Of a stretch of 64,000 nucleotides of DNA, positions 1-9,845 are shown one piece after another; the first letter of the stretch is position 1, and each line of letters begins with the position of its first letter. Position numbers and translations under genes: made by a program. The notes below the pieces were generated by a model. That model did no database searches. It was not told the DNA's origin and saw only the letters and a program-made list of their open reading frames with translations. The DNA lies in the NCBI GenBank assembly GCA_964514975.1, contig CAZESS010000003.1, positions 1 to 64,000 on the forward strand, given 5' to 3'. The DNA comes from an uncultured Thermoplasmatales archaeon (GTDB taxonomy: Archaea > Thermoplasmatota > E2 > UBA202 > DSCA01).

Positions 1-55
1 CGCCGGCGGCGATGATTGCCGCCTACCATGGCAGCCCGGTGCTGAACATCGGCGA
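1..55. repeat. 55-bp perfect inverted repeat, copy 1 (copy 2 at 63497-63551)
   Basis: Bases 1-55 equal the reverse complement of 63497-63551, checked base by base. Confidence 0.9.
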
Positions 56-1313
56 AGCGCCGGATGCATACGACACGCTGGACAAGGCGATGGCCTGGCG
101 CGAATATTCCGGCGGCTGGTACCATGGCTGCCGCGCGCTTGGACATCTCCCGCAGATGCAACAGCCGTTCGAGGTGATACCCTCGCTGCGCGACCTGCTG
201 CAGAACCAGAGCATTCCCGAACCCGGCTTCGACATGAAGCTCCGGTGGTTCGGCGCCATCCATGACGGCGTCCACGGCATGATAGACGACTACGGCCTCG
301 ACCGCGACGGGCAGGAGGCATATCTTTTCGTGTCGCCGCGGGACACCGACATCCGGGACATGATATGCAGAGCCATGCTCGGAAACGACTCATATGCGGG
401 CCACATTCCCGTCGAGACGCCAGGGTTCTCATCGGCCATCATCGTCCGGGACATCCTGTACCCGGCCATCATCTATGCAAACCCCGGGCGCGATGTCACC
501 ACGTCGCAGATGATGAACTATCCCAACGGCTACCGCTGGCGGGCCAACGACGGCAACGAGTATCCCAACTATGCGACACAGGAAATCAAACAGATTTTTT
601 CCTCACACGGCCGCTTCTACGAGGGGCATACCATCTGGGACAACCTGCTGGAGCGCTACAACGCTGGCGCGGCTCTATCCTACTACTCGGGCCACGGCAC
701 CGGCGGCTCCGGCATATCGGCGCAGTACAAGTGCATCGCCGAGCAGTTCCCCGACTGCGACCTCCGGCACGAGGAGCTCAAGGACTTCGAATGGTGGGAC
801 GGCTGGCGGGGATACAGCGGCTACGACGACCAGCAGACAAAGACACCGCGCTGGGGCGGCGATTCGGGATACAGCGCCTCGGAGCCCGGGCTGTATGACA
901 TCATCCATTTCAAATGGGCTGACCAGGCGTTCGGGAACCTGCACAGCGAACTCGAGTTCTGGAGCTCCTGCACGACCGGGTCACATTTCGGGCCCATGGT
1001 GTACCTGGCGCATGGCTCGGCGCTCTGGCAGGGATGCTGTGGCTCCTCCTACGGCGTCCAGGACGACCTCCACAACAGCTGGATGTTCCATGATGTGCTG
1101 GTGCTCGGCCAGGGTGTCGGGGAGGCGCATTCCCGGTATCTGTGGCTGTTCAACCGGGATTTCACCACGATGGACCCGACGACGCTGTACGGCCGCTCGT
1201 CGCATTTCCAGTCCTCGATGGGCGGGCTCACCAACGTCAACGTGCTCTTCGGCGACCCCGCAATGACATGCTACAACCCGGGCTGGACGGAGCCGACACC
1301 GGTCAGCCCGTAA
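3..1313 (+). CDS. C-terminal part of a gingipain-like (peptidase C25 / clan CD) protein, 5'-truncated by the window edge
   Basis: Frame is open from base 3 (PAAMIAAYHG...). It has YYSGHG (His), WSSCTTG (Cys) and C-terminal LFGDP motifs typical of C25, and is a paralog of 62245-64000. Confidence 0.6.
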   Translation, partial: PAAMIAAYHGSPVLNIGEAPDAYDTLDKAMAWREYSGGWYHGCRALGHLPQMQQPFEVIPSLRDLLQNQSIPEPGFDMKLRWFGAIHDGVHGMIDDYGLDRDGQEAYLFVSPRDTDIRDMICRAMLGNDSYAGHIPVETPGFSSAIIVRDILYPAIIYANPGRDVTTSQMMNYPNGYRWRANDGNEYPNYATQEIKQIFSSHGRFYEGHTIWDNLLERYNAGAALSYYSGHGTGGSGISAQYKCIAEQFPDCDLRHEELKDFEWWDGWRGYSGYDDQQTKTPRWGGDSGYSASEPGLYDIIHFKWADQAFGNLHSELEFWSSCTTGSHFGPMVYLAHGSALWQGCCGSSYGVQDDLHNSWMFHDVLVLGQGVGEAHSRYLWLFNRDFTTMDPTTLYGRSSHFQSSMGGLTNVNVLFGDPAMTCYNPGWTEPTPVSP

Positions 1314-1340
1314 AAACCCCTTTTCCCTTCTCTTTTTTTC
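1314..1340 (+). terminator. Archaeal pyrimidine/oligo-T terminator
   Basis: CCCCTTTTCCCTTCTCTTTTTTTC immediately after the stop codon. Confidence 0.6.
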
Positions 1341-1496
1341 GTCGAACTATCATTCGTGGTAAACCTGTACGTCGCAGGGTCGACGAAAACTGTTTTATAG
1401 CATCTCTCGTTCATCGTATAATGCACGGCACACCTGGACGTCGCACCATCCGCTGTTGTTGAGCGTCCAGTAGCCATGCAGTTTTTGTGAGGTGAA

Positions 1497-2438
1497 ATGA
1501 AAATGAAGGAAACACCTATGAAACGGAGGTACGTTTGCCGGCTCCGTTCTGGACACCATCGGCTGTACGCCGCTGCTTGCACTGGCCGGCATCTACGCCA
1601 AGCTTGAAACGACGAATCCCACAGGCAGCATAAAGGACCGGCTTGCTCGATACCTGGTAGAGCGGGCCGAGGAACGCGGTGAACTGCGGCGGGGAGACAC
1701 CATTCTTTGAGGGTGACGAGCGGCAACACGGGCATCTCTCTGGCGATGGTGGCTGCCGTAAGGGGCTATCGGTTCGTGGCCGTGATGCCCCGCTCGACGA
1801 GTTCGGAGCGGAGAAAAATGATACGGGCCTTTGGCGGACACGTCATCCTGACGCCGGCGAAAGAGCACATGGAAGGGGCCATAAAACGATACGAGATATG
1901 TGCCGCAGCGCACGAGGACATGTGGCTGCCGCGACAATTCGATAACCCGGATAACATCGCCGCTCATCGTGACGGCATCGGCCGGGAAATAGCCCGGCAG
2001 ATGCAGCACGTGGACGCCGTCGTCGCCGGCGTCGGAACCGGCGGGACCCTGCTCGGGATTGCGCAGGCACTCGATGCGGGGGTACACATCGTAGCGGTGG
2101 AGCCTGCTGAGTCGGCGATACTGTCTGGCGGTCCGGCCGGCCACCACAGGATACAGGGTATCGGTGAGGGTTTCATTCCCGGCCTGATACAGAACAATCG
2201 GAACCTGATAGACGAAATCATACCAGTGAAAAGCGAAGAAGCTCTTGCAATGCAGCGACGGCTTGCTCGCCGCCATGGTCTGCTCGTCGGACCCAGTTCG
2301 GGGGCCAACATGCTGGCTGCACGGGAGGTAGCACAGGAGCATGAAACCGTCGTTACCGTCCTTCCCAACCGTGGAGAACGCTACATCAGCGGCTCCTCCA
2401 TTGAGGAATTCGCACAGACAGGTGATAAAAAGAGGTGA
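1497..2438 (+). pseudogene. cysK: Cysteine synthase (CysK/CysM-family PLP enzyme), frameshifted
   Basis: GAGGTG RBS then ATG at 1497. SVLDTIGCTP...KLETTNPTGSIKDR is in frame 1; TSGNTG, GVGTGGT and SSGAN are in frame 3. Three single-base insertions in short homopolymers (~1536, ~1707, ~1711) break the frame. Confidence 0.75.
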
Positions 2439-2479
2439 TGTGAGCGCTCCGCGATGCCGGGGGCAATTGCTGCCCCGGA

Positions 2480-2842
2480 TTACTCTGTCTCGGTCAGCCA
2501 GTCGACGAGTTGTGGTAAATCATCGCCCGTTATGGTGACGGTGATGTCGCCCAGGGGGTGGCCGACCTCGCTGAAGTTCACCGTGCTGGCGTAGGCCGCC
2601 TGCTTGTTCAACCGGAAGCACAGCCGGCCGTCGTCGATGCGCCGGTTGAGCAGCATCCGGGCCGTGTCCAGTATCTGGTGCCTAGCCAGCAATTCCCGCA
2701 GCTCGTCGAGCGACTGCGCCTCGCCGGTCACCCGGTCGTCTGATACCGAAAGCGCTGCATCCGGGAACACGGTATGGATGGCCTCGATGACCCGGTCGGG
2801 CTCCTCCGTGGCGGTGACCGGCGCCTCAACATGTATCTCCAT
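2480..2842 (-). CDS. UPF0201/DUF54 archaeal putative RNA-binding protein
   Basis: TEEPDRV...FP, ILDTAR, LNKQAA and PLGDI motifs. Confidence 0.8.
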   Translation of the reverse strand: MEIHVEAPVTATEEPDRVIEAIHTVFPDAALSVSDDRVTGEAQSLDELRELLARHQILDTARMLLNRRIDDGRLCFRLNKQAAYASTVNFSEVGHPLGDITVTITGDDLPQLVDWLTETE

Positions 2843-2906
2843 GGGTGCGCAATGCTGCATGGTTTAAAACCATAACCCTCATAAATGGGGACGCGATGCC
2901 CCCTCC

Positions 2907-3209
2907 ATGGAATACGCGATATTTGAAATCGAATCGGGCAAAGAAGACGACGCGAAGACGCTGGAAAAAGACGACCTGGTCAGCCGGCAGACCATCACCA
3001 TCCGCAACGCGAAGGCGCTCGGCATGGAGGGCGACAGCACTTACATAAAGATAGAGGGCAGCCAGGCGGCCATCGAGCGCGCCCTGGAGATCGTGGAGGA
3101 CAACGAGCTCGGCGAAAAGCTATCCAACGATGACGCAAAAGATATCTATGACAAGATCGCCGAGGAGGAGGAAAGCGCCAGCGAGGGCATGGGCATGATT
3201 TTCGACTAG
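2907..3209 (+). CDS. Small acidic hypothetical protein
   Basis: Clean 100-aa ORF with an AT-rich promoter upstream and an oligo-T terminator downstream. Confidence 0.75.
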   Translation: MEYAIFEIESGKEDDAKTLEKDDLVSRQTITIRNAKALGMEGDSTYIKIEGSQAAIERALEIVEDNELGEKLSNDDAKDIYDKIAEEEESASEGMGMIFD

Positions 3210-3215
3210 CCCGGC

Positions 3216-3250
3216 TCTTTTTTTCCCATTTTTCTTTTGTATCTCTTTTT
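3216..3250 (+). terminator. Oligo-T terminator
   Basis: Several T-runs follow the stop codon, between convergent genes. Confidence 0.55.
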
Positions 3251-3302
3251 GTATGCTACACTGACACAATGAACGGCTCGCTGTTTGCGGCCTCCTGGCC
3301 GT

Positions 3303-4358
3303 CTATACTTCCTGGAACAGGAACGGGTCCAGTACCTCTATCCGGTCCTGGTAGTCCTCCGGGTAGAGCAGATGCTCGATGGCTGTCACGGAGCTCAGCA
3401 ATGAGTTGCCGTCCTGTGGGGTGAAACAGAAGCCGAAGACCTCTTTGTCGTTGCGCACGAAGATGGTGGGCAGCACCATGACCGTCTGGTTGAGGATGCG
3501 GCCGTAGTGGCCGTGGTCGCGGCCGAACGAGAACACCAGGTTGGACATTTTCTTGTTGGTCACCGCCACCCTTGGGTCTGCGAGAAACCGGTTGATGACC
3601 TCCTCCTCGCTCGTCGGTTCGTTGACCTTGATGTCGAACCAGATGGAATGCATGTACTGCGTGTTGAGCTTCATGGCCGAGGAAAACACGTCCAGGTCCA
3701 AGTCGAGCGTGTTGTAGAGATGCCAGACGTCCTTGGCGTGATGGGTGCCCCGCTCGTCGTCGTGCCCGCCGACCTGCGGCGCCGGGATGAATTTTTCGTC
3801 CTGCGAGATGTCATTAGCCCGCCGGATGCAGACAAAGCGGCCGCTGTGGAAGTTGTCCCGTGAAACGTCGAGCGCGATGCTCTGGATGGCCACGGCGATG
3901 TTATGCGTGTTGCAGCTCACAATGTGGATGTACTTGTCCTGGTTGAGCGCGTCCTCGTTGATACCGGCCGCAAACATTTTACCGAAGCCGAACTCGGAGC
4001 CCTGTGCCAGGAATCCCTTGACCTCGTCCTCGTATTTTTTGTAGTAGTTTTCCTTGTTCTGCATGCCGATGCCGCTGGGCGTGCAGTCAACGACGACGCT
4101 GGCCCGCCGGATGGCCTCCTCCGCCTCGTATTCCGGCTCCAGGCCGAGCTCGCGGAACTGCTGTTTTTTCTTGTCCGAGGTGACCAGATGGCCGCCGCGG
4201 TCGAGCAGGCCCTTGACCTTGGGCCGGTCGGTGAGCACGGGGCTGTGCTTGTAAAACGTTACCTCGTCGATACCCAGCTGGGTACGCATGTCACACAAAA
4301 GACCGATGAGGGGTTCCCCGATGGTGCCGGTCCCCACAACATGCACGATGTTGGTCAT
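3303..4358 (-). CDS. gap: Divergent archaeal (type II) glyceraldehyde-3-phosphate dehydrogenase
   Basis: GTGTIG Rossmann motif, VVDCTP, catalytic VSCNT(H), RRAND; lies directly downstream of pgk. Confidence 0.7.
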   Translation of the reverse strand: MTNIVHVVGTGTIGEPLIGLLCDMRTQLGIDEVTFYKHSPVLTDRPKVKGLLDRGGHLVTSDKKKQQFRELGLEPEYEAEEAIRRASVVVDCTPSGIGMQNKENYYKKYEDEVKGFLAQGSEFGFGKMFAAGINEDALNQDKYIHIVSCNTHNIAVAIQSIALDVSRDNFHSGRFVCIRRANDISQDEKFIPAPQVGGHDDERGTHHAKDVWHLYNTLDLDLDVFSSAMKLNTQYMHSIWFDIKVNEPTSEEEVINRFLADPRVAVTNKKMSNLVFSFGRDHGHYGRILNQTVMVLPTIFVRNDKEVFGFCFTPQDGNSLLSSVTAIEHLLYPEDYQDRIEVLDPFLFQEV

Positions 4359-4388
4359 GCTATCGAGCCAAGTATGCCATAGCGATAT

Positions 4389-5558
4389 TTAACGTTTCGT
4401 GCACTCCTCGAGAGCTGCAACGGCGGGCAGCGTTTTGCCCATGAGGAAGCGCTCCAGCGAGCCGCCGCCTGTGGACACGTAGGAGAGGTCGTCTGCAAGC
4501 CCGAACTGCCGGGCGGCGGCGACGGTGTGACCGCCGCCAATGACCGTGAACGCATCGCACGTGGCCATGGCCTCGAGGACGTTTTTCGTTCCCGTGGCAA
4601 ACGCCTCTTCCTCGAACACGCCCATCGGGCCGGTGAGCAGCACCGTTGCCGCATCGGTGATGACCTCTTTGAAGCGAGAGATGGTGTCCGGGCCGATGTC
4701 CTTTACCATGTCAGGGTCGTCCACGTCGCCGAGTGAGACGGCTTTTCTGCCGTCGTCTACGGCGACGTCTGAGGGCAGCAGAATTGCATTGCCATGGTCA
4801 TCGAGGAGCGACATGATAGTCTCCTGTTCATCTGCCTCGACATCGGCGATGGCGGCGAACGCGTTGCCGGGCACACCGCCCAGCAGAATGGCGTCGGCGG
4901 CTTCGCGCTCCAGCAGGTTGCGGATGACGGGGATGGCGTTGCCGTATTTTGCGCCGCCGAAGACAAACACGCTCGGGCGGTCAGGCTGCTCCATTATCCG
5001 GGTGAGCATCCCGACCTCTTTTTCCATCAGCCGCCCGGCATAGGAGGGCAGCATCGCCGTGAAGCCGACCATGGAGCAATGGGAGCGATGCGCCGCCGCG
5101 AACGCGTCGTTGACAAAAAGGTCGGCCAGCGGATACAATGACCGCACGAGCTCGCTCTGCGCGTGCTCCCCCGGCGTTTTTTCGTCGCGCTCGCCGTCAA
5201 ACCTGCGGACGTTGCCGAGCATGAGCGCCTCGCCGTCCTGCAGCGACTCGATTGCCTGCCGTGTCTCCTCGCCGTAGACGTCGTCGACGTATCCAACTGC
5301 TCTGTCCAGCATGGTGGACAATGCTGCCGCGTGCTGCCCGAGGTCGGTGAAATCCCAGCCGCCGGGGCGGCCCTGATGCGCCATGATGACGACCCGGGCG
5401 TCCCGGTCGAGGAGCTCCCCCACCGTGGGCATGATGCGCTCGATGCGCGAGGCATCCAGAATATCGAGCGTGTCAGGATCAAGTGGGGCGTTGACGTCGA
5501 CGCGGAGGAGCACCGTTTGCCCTGCCACGTCGCAGTCGTCAAGGGTTGGCAGCTTCAT
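4389..5558 (-). CDS. pgk: Phosphoglycerate kinase
   Basis: RVDVNAP, HQGRP, NDAFAAAHR, GGAK, GPMGVFE and STGGG motifs. Confidence 0.95.
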   Translation of the reverse strand: MKLPTLDDCDVAGQTVLLRVDVNAPLDPDTLDILDASRIERIMPTVGELLDRDARVVIMAHQGRPGGWDFTDLGQHAAALSTMLDRAVGYVDDVYGEETRQAIESLQDGEALMLGNVRRFDGERDEKTPGEHAQSELVRSLYPLADLFVNDAFAAAHRSHCSMVGFTAMLPSYAGRLMEKEVGMLTRIMEQPDRPSVFVFGGAKYGNAIPVIRNLLEREAADAILLGGVPGNAFAAIADVEADEQETIMSLLDDHGNAILLPSDVAVDDGRKAVSLGDVDDPDMVKDIGPDTISRFKEVITDAATVLLTGPMGVFEEEAFATGTKNVLEAMATCDAFTVIGGGHTVAAARQFGLADDLSYVSTGGGSLERFLMGKTLPAVAALEECTKR

Positions 5559-5942
5559 GGACGGATATGCAAAAAGGCGTTAAATATCTTTGCGGGCATA
5601 CGGCCCCGTTTCATATCACCGTTCTCTTCCGGCTGCTCGGCTGATAAAATGCGCATCGGCAATGATACCGCAAACGGACCTAATGCCCAGACGGCCTGGT
5701 GCGATGCCGCTGCCGCTCGAGTTCCTGCAATATGAAACCGACCAGCCCGATGGTGCGAACCACATCCCCCATACCTGATTTAACCAATCGTTGTATTTAG
5801 GTTTGTTGCTTTTTCGCAGCATAAGGACATCGAGAGCGTAGTCACATACCGGCAGGCGAAACATGGTTCCTGCAGGCGAACATGCAGCGGGAACGTCCGA
5901 AAAAACGGATGGTGATGTGGTATTGTACGCTCGCTACATATG

Positions 5943-6824
5943 CTACATATCTTCGTGATCGGTTGCCGTGTCCGTCACCGTCTTCCTGAGAAACGTGAAC
6001 ATGTCATCCCGGAATTCGTCCCGCCGCAATGCCGCCTCTATGTTGGTGCGCAGCCAGTCGAGCTTGTTGCCCAGGTCGAAGCGCTGCCCGATGAACTCGT
6101 AGGCGTAGACCTCTCTGTCCCGGTTGTACATGCGGATGGCGTCGGTGAGCTGTATCTCGCCTCCCTTGCCCTCGCCTGTGCGGTCTATGTATTCGAATAT
6201 CTCCGGGGTGAACACGTAGCGGCCCATGATGGCCAGCCGGGATGGCGCCTCCGCCATCGATGGTTTTTCGACCATGTCATGGACGCGGTACAGGCGCTCC
6301 TCGATCTGTTCGGCGTCGACGATGCCGTAGCGGTGGACCGCCTCCCGGGATACCTGTCCGACGGCGATGACCGGCGCCCTGCATGACGTAAAGCGTTCGA
6401 CGAGCTGCCCGGTGCATGGCGTCTCCGAAAAGATGATGTCGTCGCCGAGGAGGACGACGAAGTCGTCGCCGTCGACATGTTTACGGGCGCAGTTGATGGC
6501 GTCGCCGAGCCCCCTGGGTTGTTTCTGCCGGATGTAGTGGATGTCGGCCATGTCGGCGATGCGCCGGATGGTGGCCAGGCGCTCGTGGTCGTTTCGCTGC
6601 CGGAGCGTGTGCTCGAGCTCGTAGGACATGTCGAAGTAGTCGGCGATGGAATGCTTGCCCCGCCCGGTGATGATGAGGATGTCGTCGATGCCTGCATCGA
6701 GGGCTTCCTCTACCACGTACTGGATGGCTGGCTTGTCGACGACGGGGAGCATTTCCTTGGGTGTGCTCTTGGTCGCCGGCAGAAACCTGGTGCCCAGGCC
6801 AGCGGCGGGGATGACAGCCTTCAT
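5943..6824 (-). CDS. galU: UTP-glucose-1-phosphate uridylyltransferase
   Basis: PAAGLGTRFLPATK..PKEMLP, LGDD, VEKP and GEIQLTDAI motifs. Confidence 0.93.
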   Translation of the reverse strand: MKAVIPAAGLGTRFLPATKSTPKEMLPVVDKPAIQYVVEEALDAGIDDILIITGRGKHSIADYFDMSYELEHTLRQRNDHERLATIRRIADMADIHYIRQKQPRGLGDAINCARKHVDGDDFVVLLGDDIIFSETPCTGQLVERFTSCRAPVIAVGQVSREAVHRYGIVDAEQIEERLYRVHDMVEKPSMAEAPSRLAIMGRYVFTPEIFEYIDRTGEGKGGEIQLTDAIRMYNRDREVYAYEFIGQRFDLGNKLDWLRTNIEAALRRDEFRDDMFTFLRKTVTDTATDHEDM

Positions 6825-6864
6825 GGCTCTGAAAGCATGCCGCGGCTTTTATTATTTGTGTTTT

Positions 6865-7608
6865 TCATTTTTTGCATGACGAAGAAGGCGGAGCCGTACC
6901 ATGCGCTGTAGCGGCGATACATATCCACCTCTCGCTGCTCCTGCGCCAGCACCGCCAGCGCGTCCGGGTCATCCGCATATTTTTCCTGGATGAGGTCGAT
7001 TCGTTGTTCGAGCGGCCCGTAGTATTCGTCCCACCATGCCTGCTCGGGCAGGGTGAAGTGTCCGAGAAGCCGGTAGCCTTGCCTCTGTATGCTCTCGACG
7101 CGCTCATCGACAGAGGCAATGTCTGGGCACATCTCCTGCCAGTAGTCATGTATCTCCGTAGCGGAGTCGGGCTGCAGCCAGACCACATCGTGGACAGCCA
7201 TGAACCCGCCGGGCCGGAGCAGCTGCCGCCATCCCCGGAGCCCGCGCTCGAAGCCGAGGATGTAGATGGATCCATCTGCCCATATGATATCGAATGACTC
7301 GTCGGGATAATCCATGTCGAGCGTTGACATATACCGGGTCTGCACGCGTCCTTGCAGCCCGCGCTGCTCGGCTTTTCTTTCGAGTTCATCCAGGTGGGGA
7401 CGATGCGTGTCTATGGCGATGATGGCACCGCCGGTGAGCTTCGCCAATTCGAACGTGGCGGGACCCGTACCGCAGCCGACGTCGAGAACGCGCGGTGCCT
7501 CCATCGCGGGAAGCATGTTGAAGGCCTGGCGGGTATAGTGAGCGCGGCCGGGGCTCTCGCGGGGAAGCTGGCTGTGCAGCTCGAAAAAGACGGGTGGCCC
7601 ATGTCCAT
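6865..7608 (-). pseudogene. Class I SAM-dependent methyltransferase, probably with indels at both ends
   Basis: VLDVGCGTG, FDIIW and LLRPGG motifs. The likely start MDMG is out of frame with the body (FFELH..LPRESPG). An A6 run near 6868-6873 skips a TGA and runs the ORF into galU. Confidence 0.55.
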
Positions 7609-7644
7609 GAGAGACATGTCGGTATTTTAAAGCATGGCTCGTGT

Positions 7645-9111
7645 TCAGAAGAACCCGTGGCCGGAGATAAGCGATCGGAGCAGCACCAGGATGGGGATAA
7701 TCTCGAGGCGGCCGATCCACATGTTGATGATGAGCATCGTCTTCGCGACGGGGCTCATGCCGATGTCCGTTATCCCGGTGGAGAGGCCGACGTTGCCCTG
7801 CGCGGAGCATACCTCAAAAATGGCGTTGTCCAGCCCGGGGTCGCCCAGGGTGACCAGCAGCACCATGAAGCCCACGAAGAGCAGGATGAGCCACATGAAG
7901 GACAGCACCGCAGCCTGGCTGAGCTCCTCGTTTGCCTGCTCCGCCGAAAGTGTCTTGCTGCCGAGCTTGTGGCCGAAGGTGCTCTTCGGCGGCAGAAATA
8001 TCTTCTTGATCTTCCAGCCGACACCCTTGGTAAACAGGACCGCCCGGAAGAGCTTGATACCCCCGGCGGTCGACCCAGCGGCACCGCCGATGATCATGGC
8101 GAGCGACAGCAGCATCTTGGCATCGGCGCCCCAGAGGCTCAGGTCGGCGGTGTTGAACCCGGTGCACGTCAGCGCCGAGGCGAACTGGAAGGCGGCATAT
8201 TTGAACGACTGCGCAAACGAGCTATACAGGTCCATGTTCAGCAGCGCGAGGACGACCATGCCGCTGAATACGAGGACGAGCAGCGCCAGCGTCTGCACGT
8301 CGGTGAAAAATTCTTTTATCCTGCCCCGCAAAAAGTCATAATGGGCGGCGAAGGAGATGGCGCCGGCCACCATGATGGGGATGAGCGCGATGTGGACAAA
8401 GGTGCCATAGGAGGTGATGCTGTCGTCCATGACCGAAAATCCGCCGGTCGTCAGCCCGGTCATGGCATGGTTGATGGCCTCCCAGAGCGGCATGCCGGCA
8501 ATGAACAGCACGGCGATGGCGATGAGCGTGTACAGCAGCAGTATCCACCACATGCTCTTCACCGTCGAGATGATGCTCGGATGGATTTTTTCCTCCCGGG
8601 CCTCGGAGCGGTACAGCGTGAAGGAGCCGGTGCCACGCCGCGCCAGGATGATGAGCGTGAGCACGATGACCCCGACCCCGCCGATCCACTGGATGAAGGT
8701 GCGCCAGAACTGCAAGGTATGCGGAAGCTTGGACTCATAGGCGACCATCGTGAGGCCGGTTCCCGTCCATCCGGCCATTGATTCAAAAAACGCCGATAAT
8801 GGATCCATGTATGCGAGGGTATCGAGGTTGTAGGGTATCTGCCAGAATGGGATGCTGCCGATGAGCGAGATGATGAGCCAGGATAGGGCTGCGATGACCA
8901 TCGCATGCTTGATCTTGGGTTCTCCGTCGCCTCGCCCGGTGAGCCAGAACAGGCCGCCGACCCCAAAGAACACGAGGGCGGTCACGATGATCCAGACCCC
9001 ATATGCATACTCCCCGTAGACCAGCGGCGGGATGACCGCGACGAGCGTGGCAAAGCCGACCGTCAGCAAAACCGCTCCCGTATCCCGGAAAATGAGTTTG
9101 AGGTCTTTCAT
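7645..9111 (-). CDS. trkH: Trk potassium uptake membrane subunit
   Basis: Polytopic membrane protein with P-loop motifs WTGTGLT, TTGGFS, TCTGF, GSTAGGIK and GNVGLS; C-terminal GRLEI. Confidence 0.93.
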   Translation of the reverse strand: MKDLKLIFRDTGAVLLTVGFATLVAVIPPLVYGEYAYGVWIIVTALVFFGVGGLFWLTGRGDGEPKIKHAMVIAALSWLIISLIGSIPFWQIPYNLDTLAYMDPLSAFFESMAGWTGTGLTMVAYESKLPHTLQFWRTFIQWIGGVGVIVLTLIILARRGTGSFTLYRSEAREEKIHPSIISTVKSMWWILLLYTLIAIAVLFIAGMPLWEAINHAMTGLTTGGFSVMDDSITSYGTFVHIALIPIMVAGAISFAAHYDFLRGRIKEFFTDVQTLALLVLVFSGMVVLALLNMDLYSSFAQSFKYAAFQFASALTCTGFNTADLSLWGADAKMLLSLAMIIGGAAGSTAGGIKLFRAVLFTKGVGWKIKKIFLPPKSTFGHKLGSKTLSAEQANEELSQAAVLSFMWLILLFVGFMVLLVTLGDPGLDNAIFEVCSAQGNVGLSTGITDIGMSPVAKTMLIINMWIGRLEIIPILVLLRSLISGHGFF

Positions 9112-9126
9112 AACATTCAGCCACGT

Positions 9127-9774
9127 TTAGGTGGAGAACAGTTCCATGGCCTTGTCTATCTTGTCCTCGCGGGCGAGGACGGTCACGGAGTCGCCGACCT
9201 TCAGCCGGGTGTCCTCGATGGGGATGATGATGTCGGAGTTCCGCTCGATGGCGATGATTGAGACGCGGCGCGGCAGCTTTACCTCTTTCAATGTTTTATC
9301 GGCTATCTTTGCTCCCTCCGGCAGCACGATTTTGAAAATCTCGGCGTGGCCTCCCAGGCTCATGAAATCACGTATCATGGGGCGCTTGACCGCCCGGTAG
9401 AGGTATTCCGCCATCAGCGCGTTTGGGTTGCCCACGACGTTGGCACCTTTTTCCCGGAACATGGTCTTGCTTTCCTCGTTGTTGACGACGGAGACGAGCG
9501 ACAGGACGCCTCGCTTCTGGGCGATGGAGATGACCATGAGGTTGGTGGCGTCGTCGGCGGTGGTGACGACGGCGTCGGCCCGCTCTATCTCCGCATCTTC
9601 CAATGTTTCCTGCTCGGTTGCGTCGGCGTTGACGATGACGGCATCGTATTTTTTGGAGAACTCGTCGCATTTTTCCTTGTCTCGTTCGATGACGACGACG
9701 TCGTCCTTGTGGTCGAGGGCGAACTCGGTGAGCTTCTGCCCGATACCCCCTGCCCCTACTATCAAGATGTACAT
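9127..9774 (-). CDS. trkA: Trk potassium uptake NAD-binding subunit (RCK_N + RCK_C)
   Basis: IVGAGGIG and DAT..L..A.I..AD motifs plus a C-terminal RCK_C domain; adjacent to trkH. Alternative start at 9798. Confidence 0.9.
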   Translation of the reverse strand: MYILIVGAGGIGQKLTEFALDHKDDVVVIERDKEKCDEFSKKYDAVIVNADATEQETLEDAEIERADAVVTTADDATNLMVISIAQKRGVLSLVSVVNNEESKTMFREKGANVVGNPNALMAEYLYRAVKRPMIRDFMSLGGHAEIFKIVLPEGAKIADKTLKEVKLPRRVSIIAIERNSDIIIPIEDTRLKVGDSVTVLAREDKIDKAMELFST

Positions 9775-9845
9775 GTTCTCCCTGGTGTAGGAGACCATAA
9801 ATTGCTCGGTGTTATTAAATCTTTCTCCGATGCTTCGAGAGACCT

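Noticed and set aside
1336-1389. 10-bp inverted repeat TTTTCGTCGA...TCGACGAAAA as a MITE
   Set aside because: Too short, no target-site duplication, single copy, and it overlaps the terminator.
1705-1716. Selenocysteine or stop readthrough at the TGA in cysK
   Set aside because: The downstream protein continues in a different frame, so readthrough cannot restore it.
5590-5930. Short ORFs and the imperfect repeat GCAGGCGAA(A)CATG between pgk and galU
   Set aside because: No recognisable motifs and only two short copies; cannot be supported as a gene or element.
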